From: Octopus bimaculoides
Lineage: Eukaryota
Direction: 5' to 3'
Assembly: GCF_001194135.2 (NCBI RefSeq)
Contig: NC_068988.1
Coordinates: 30,167,155 to 30,231,154 of the forward strand
Length of the DNA: 64,000 nucleotides
Part shown: positions 58,798 through 64,000 of the stretch, in pieces
Layout: every line of letters begins with the position of its first letter
How positions within the stretch are numbered: position 1 is the first letter of the stretch
Position numbers and translations under genes: made by a program
The notes under the pieces: model-generated
Seen by the model: the letters and a program-made list of their open reading frames with translations, nothing else
Told to the model about the DNA's origin: nothing
Databases searched by the model: none

Positions 58798-59054
58798 AAA
58801 CTGCTGTGGCTCTTTCCCCCCACTCAACCCGTCATCGCCTTTTCATTAGTGTGCCAAGTCTTGCACGTATACACATACACACACACACACACGTACATAT
58901 ATATACACGTATACGCACACACATACGCGAACATGTCACTTCAATACACACGTACATACATACACACACTCTGACATGCACACTCACATAGACATACGCA
59001 TACACATATGTATTCATATATTTATTATAACATTAATATACACGTATAGGCACT

Positions 59055-59154
59055 GTCATGCTATTAGCTGTCAGAAGTGAAAGTGCTCACTGCTAGTGAA
59101 GTATCTGTCTGTCTGCCTGTCGATTCTTTGGCTACTGACAGCTAATACCATGAC
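59055..59154. repeat. 20-bp inverted repeat (19/20) with a 60-nt spacer containing (TCTG)n
   Basis: gtcatgctattagctgtcag (59055-59074) / ctgacagctaataccatgac (59135-59154). Confidence 0.85.
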
Positions 59155-60195
59155 TGGCCGGAGCGAGCTATCTGTCTGTCTCTCTCTCTCTCTCTCTATC
59201 TATCTATTACTCGAAAGTTATTGCAACAAATTTGACACCTATATCCATGCGTTTGAAAACACAACACAGAGTATAAGGGTACTACTAAAGCAGAGTGGTC
59301 CCGAACGCGCAGTCGCGCGTCCGCGCTAGCTAGTNNNNNNNNNNNNNNNNNNNNNNNNNNNNNNNNNNNNNNNNNNNNNNNNNNNNNNNNNNNNNNNNNN
59401 NNNNNNNNNNNNNNNNNNNNNNNNNNNNNNNNNNNNNNNNNNNNNNNNNNNNNNNNNNNNNNNNNNNNNNNNNNNNNNNNNNNNNNNNNNNNNNNNNNNN
59501 NNNNNNNNNNNNNNNNNNNNNNNNNNNNNNNNNNNNNNNNNNNNNNNNNNNNNNNNNNNNNNNNNNNNNNNNNNNNNNNNNNNNNNNNNNNNNNNNNNNN
59601 NNNNNNNNNNNNNNNNNNNNNNNNNNNNNNNNNNNNNNNNNNNNNNNNNNNNNNNNNNNNNNNNNNNNNNNNNNNNNNNNNNNNNNNNNNNNNNNNNNNN
59701 NNNNNNNNNNNNNNNNNNNNNNNNNNNNNNNNNNNNNNNNNNNNNNNNNNNNNNNNNNNNNNNNNNNNNNNNNNNNNNNNNNNNNNNNNNNNNNNNNNNN
59801 NNNNNNNNNNNNNNNNNNNNNNNNNNNNNNNNNNNNNNNNNNNNNNNNNNNNNNNNNNNNNNNNNNNNNNNNNNNNNNNNNNNNNNNNNNNNNNNNNNNN
59901 NNNNNNNNNNNNNNNNNNNNNNNNNNNNNNNNNNNNNNNNNNNNNNNNNNNNNNNNNNNNNNNNNNNNNNNNNNNNNNNNNNNNNNNNNNNNNNNNNNNN
60001 NNNNNNNNNNNNNNNNNNNNNNNNNNNNNNNNNNNNNNNNNNNNNNNNNNNNNNNNNNNNNNNNNNNNNNNNNNNNNNNNNNNNNNNNNNNNNNNNNNNN
60101 NNNNNNNNNNNNNNNNNNNNNNNNNNNNNNNNNNNNNNNNNNNNNNNNNNNNNNNNNNNNNNNNNNNNNNNNNNNNNNNNNNNNNNNNNNNNNNN

Positions 60196-60379
60196 AAGTA
60201 TCGTCCGATGAATTTACTTTGTTGACATTCTTCATTGACAGAATTTTTATTCCTTTCAACCTTTCAGTCAAGTCCACCTTTCTTCCAGTAACATACTGTC
60301 CATATAATATTAAATATTTTTTTAACTCAGGTACAGTAAGTACTTCGATAGCTGAATCATCAAGCTGCTTTATATCCAT
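60196..60379 (-). CDS. N-terminus of a SAP-domain ORF running into a gap, probably transposon-associated
   Basis: MDIKQLDDSAIEVLTVPELKKYLILYGQYVTGRKVDLTERLKG fits the SAP pattern L.V.ELK..L...G...G.K..L..RL; 61 codons open to the gap edge. Confidence 0.65.
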
Positions 60380-61174
60380 GATAAGACATAAAACAATAAC
60401 AATGGCGTGAGTTAGCCTCCGGAAGTTTAATTATCTACATGGAGCGCCGCCTAGCCAAGGGAGATAACCTACTTATAGGAAAGCCTTATCTCCATGCACG
60501 CACACAGATATAGATACATAGACAGCCATACATACATACATAGACAAACAGACAGACAGGCGGATAGATAGATAGATATTTGTACACTCGCACACGTATC
60601 CACACACAAACCTAGATTAAGATTTCGTAGTCCTTAACACAACAGGTTGCATGAGATCCAAAATACTCTTTTCAAAAGAAAAAAAGAAGCAGAAAATAAA
60701 ATCTATTTTGACACAGTTACTAATAAATAAAATTCAGACAATCGCTTTGCGTAATTTCTTATAAAGTAATTTTTTTCCCTAACAGGATATAACAATGATA
60801 ATATAAAATAACAAAATAGTGTAAAGAGCCCTGCTAACGCAGTAGAACCTGGTGTGGACTCATGAATACATTTAGCACGTTGGTCGTGCCGGTGGGTCGT
60901 GGTGGTATGTTAGCGAGTCCCGCCCGGCTCCACCAGCGAGTCGTTTTTTTTCTTTTTTCTATGGGTTTTCTGAAAGCTGGTATACTCCAATTGCTTTCAT
61001 TTATACTTTCTATTGATATTTTAATATCCTTTTTCGTTTGTATTCTGATTTCACCTGTGTGGTAAGTAGCTTGCTTACCAACCACATGGTTAGGGTTAGG
61101 GTTAAAAAATAGCCAAATTTTTTATTTGACCATAAGTAGATTGTGTGGTATGTAGGATGTGATATGAACTAGGG

Positions 61175-61263
61175 TAGCGTTTTTCAAACTTTTTTGTCAC
61201 GACCTATTTTATTTATCTGGCGACCCACTGAAAGGGTCGGTACCCACAGTTTGAAAAACGCTG
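61175..61263. mobile_element. Very short hAT-like MITE (89 bp)
   Basis: TIR tagcgtttttcaaact / agtttgaaaaacgctg; TSD aactaggg / aactaagg (7/8). Confidence 0.8.
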
Positions 61264-61561
61264 AACTAAGGTACCATTCGACCCTCTGGTGGGACGTGGA
61301 ATATCAAACACTACCAATTAGATCCTTGACTCACATATGGTATGCTGTAAAAAAAATATTACGTTCCTCGTGTCGCAATTAATTAAGATATTGCATTGGA
61401 ACCCTGGAATAAACGTAAAATGAGGCTCGGGAGCCAGCAAAACGAAATACCACCTTGTGCCTACAAGTCATTAATATTTAAATAATAATTGTTTTAAATT
61501 TATAGCACGTGGCCGGCAATTTTGAGTGGTGGGATAAATCGATTACAGGGTTTCATTGATC

Positions 61562-62267
61562 GGATCTATTTTAAAACGGGGGCACCAGTTTTCATTTATG
61601 TTTTATGTAGTGTTTTTGGTACCGAAAGACTTTCAAATTTCGTATACTTATCTATTTTGTGTTATAGAACAGAAAAATATTTTTGTATTAGAATTTATTT
61701 CATGTAAAAAATTGTCTTATTTCGATAATTTCTACTAATCACTGACGTCTATTCAGTTGAAAACAGTTAGCGCTGTAACGGTGTATANNNNNNNNNNNNN
61801 NNNNNNNNNNNNNNNNNNNNNNNNNNNNNNNNNNNNNNNNNNNNNNNNNNNNNNNNNNNNNNNNNNNNNNNNNNNNNNNNNNNNNNNNNNNNNNNNNNNN
61901 NNNNNNNNNNNNNNNNNNNNNNNNNNNNNNNNNNNNNNNNNNNNNNNNNNNNNNNNNNGTAATTTATTATATAAACAATATATGCGTATAAATTACGATT
62001 AAACCGGATGAAATATGTCACAGGGAATAACATTTTTATGACCGCCCAGCAGTAACTCTATTCAGCTGAATAGACGTCAGTGATTGGTTGAAATTACAGA
62101 AATACGACAACTTTGACATGGAATAACTTGCGAATTCCTTTTTTTGTTAAGAAGACTAAGAGTAAAAGATGTTTTATATGACACATTCTACCAGTGTCCC
62201 AAGTTTCAAAGTGTTTCGTTAGTGTTTCGTTAAGAAAATACTGGTGCCCCCGTTTTAAAATAGATCC
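61562..62267. mobile_element. Merlin-like MITE, same family as 7873-8466, with an internal gap, inserted into a family A SINE
   Basis: TIR ggatctattttaaaacgggggcaccagt; exact TSD cattgatc (61554-61561, 62268-62275). Confidence 0.85.
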
Positions 62268-63770
62268 CATTGATCTTTATTTTATCGATCCCAGAAAGAT
62301 AAAAGGCAAAGTGAACATCTTGTGATGGTGGTGATGATGATGATGATATATTAGATATTTTATCATTAACGTGTTCTGCGTCATATCTACGTGTTATGAA
62401 TCAGGAACAAGTTTACAACCGGCTGCACCCGATATGCAATGCAGGATTAAGCTTTGCTGTAATGCATTCGCTAAACGTACATACACACCCATATATACTC
62501 TTCGTTTTTATGTCGAGTTATAAAAACAACTTGATTAACTGGTCAGCGCATTTTAGTAGAATGCATGTTTATTAACTTTTACATGTAAAAGGTGGAGGAC
62601 TATATGTACGTTTTTTAGTCTTCTTGAAAGAGTTCAAGTTAGTCGCTCGCAAAATGACTTTTGAGAGCTCTCGGTGTTTGTAAATACGTGGTTGACTTGA
62701 TGTGTTGGTTGAGCTGTCGATGCACGCTCCTAGATGGAGAATTTTAGGAATGTTATAACTGAGAGTTATATATGTGAATATGCAGGGCACGATGATTGAA
62801 TTTTCACCATTTTATATTTTTTTCATTTCGCGCATGCGCATTGTTTGCTTTTGATTTTCTCGACTACATAGTATGGTAGGGTCAGTTGGGCACCGTCTGT
62901 GAGAAAAACAGCACCGTGACGCAATTCACTCAGCCAGAAATTTGGAAACGACATGCTGTTCTGCTTGGCATTTGCGTCGGAGGAAGCTCCAATGCGAACA
63001 TTTTCATTTTTGCGTAAATTAGACGACAGTTAATTCACCGCACCCTATATATATGTGTGTGTGTGTCATTTATAACATTCAATATTACAGACCCATTTCA
63101 GCTGGTTTTACCAATTTCATTTGCGACAGTTTAGGAAAAACTAAACACGACACTCATCTGAAGAGCAGATTAAGAACAGGTATGACATGCTCTTTGCCAC
63201 TGGGAGTCAAAAAGTGTCACATTCTATTTGTAGGTGCTATAAAACACAAGACGCAAACAAAAAGTCTGTGAGAGTAAGCTCAGAGAGGAAATTTTTGTTT
63301 ATTAGAGTTAGATTCTTTGGACAGGCATCAGACAGTGCCATCATGAGGTATGGATTAGTTTTATTAGCATGATATTCAGTGAAAGAGAGAGTTTGACATT
63401 TCAAGCATAGCTCTTGGTTGGAAGAGAAAAAGGGAAATGTCCAAAGAAGGAAAAGAAATCACCAACAGCACATGTGTGTAGTTACATTACTGAAGTGCAT
63501 TACTGAACTCTCTCTACATATAGGTTATGAGAGGTGATGGTGTCAAGATGACCCAAAGGTGTCAGGTAATGCAATGCTGAGTAAGTGCTATGGACAGACT
63601 ATAGTTAAGCTCCCGGTTCAGTGATTATGCAAATGAGGACTCCAATGTAGGTCATATATTAACAGGCATATATATAAAAAAATTAAGAGAATGAGATAAA
63701 AAAATTCCAAGGCTGTGAAAGATTTCAGAACATTTATAAATTTTTTATCTCATTCTGTTAATTTATATTC

Positions 63771-64000
63771 CCCAACTCAACCTCCCAACCTGGCTCGTTC
63801 CCTTGCTCCCGCCCACGCTGCCACACTTGCCCTTACCTCTCCAACACCACCCTCCTCACCAGCACCCATCACCGACCCTTTCGCATCACCGACTCCTTCA
63901 CCTGCACTTCTACCAACATCATCTATTGTATCTCCTGCTCTTTCTGCCATTCTCTGTACATCGGACAAACGGGGCGCCGCCTGGCCGACCGATTCGCGGA
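63771..64000 (+). mobile_element. Penelope-like element: Cys-rich linker plus GIY-YIG endonuclease N-terminus, running off the window
   Basis: Open frame PNSTSQPGSFPCSRPRCHTCPYL...FRITDSFTCTSTNIIYCISCSFCHSLYIGQTGRRLADRFA, no stops; missed by the ORF track (no start codon). Confidence 0.9.

Overview
AT-rich, microsatellite- and SINE-dense eukaryotic scaffold with 11 N-gaps. The repeat families suggest an octopod cephalopod (inference). Three protein-coding loci can be reconstructed by hand with GT-AG junctions and consistent intron phases. (1) A + strand, 15-exon, >=1400-aa neurexin-like gene (9678-30925): two pentraxin/ConA-like LamG domains followed by LNS-LNS-EGF-LNS-LNS-EGF-LNS. Its 5' end was not found and no stalk/transmembrane exon is visible. 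(2) The last three exons of a + strand WD40 protein (34248-37100, seven repeats), beginning just after a 933-N gap. (3) A complete - strand, six-exon peroxiredoxin-6 (58646-42726, 222 aa) with a TATA/Inr-like promoter. The rest is transposon-derived: tRNA-headed SINEs, RTE and CRE-like LINE fragments, Penelope-like RT and GIY-YIG fragments, mariner and piggyBac relics, and hAT-, Merlin- and piggyBac-like MITEs, several with recognisable target-site duplications. The most notable observations are the apparently membrane-anchor-less neurexin-like chimera and its unresolved link to the WD40 exons, and minimal hammerhead-ribozyme motifs shared between a Penelope-like terminal repeat and a tRNA-headed SINE. 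No database searches were run; family names come from motif recognition.
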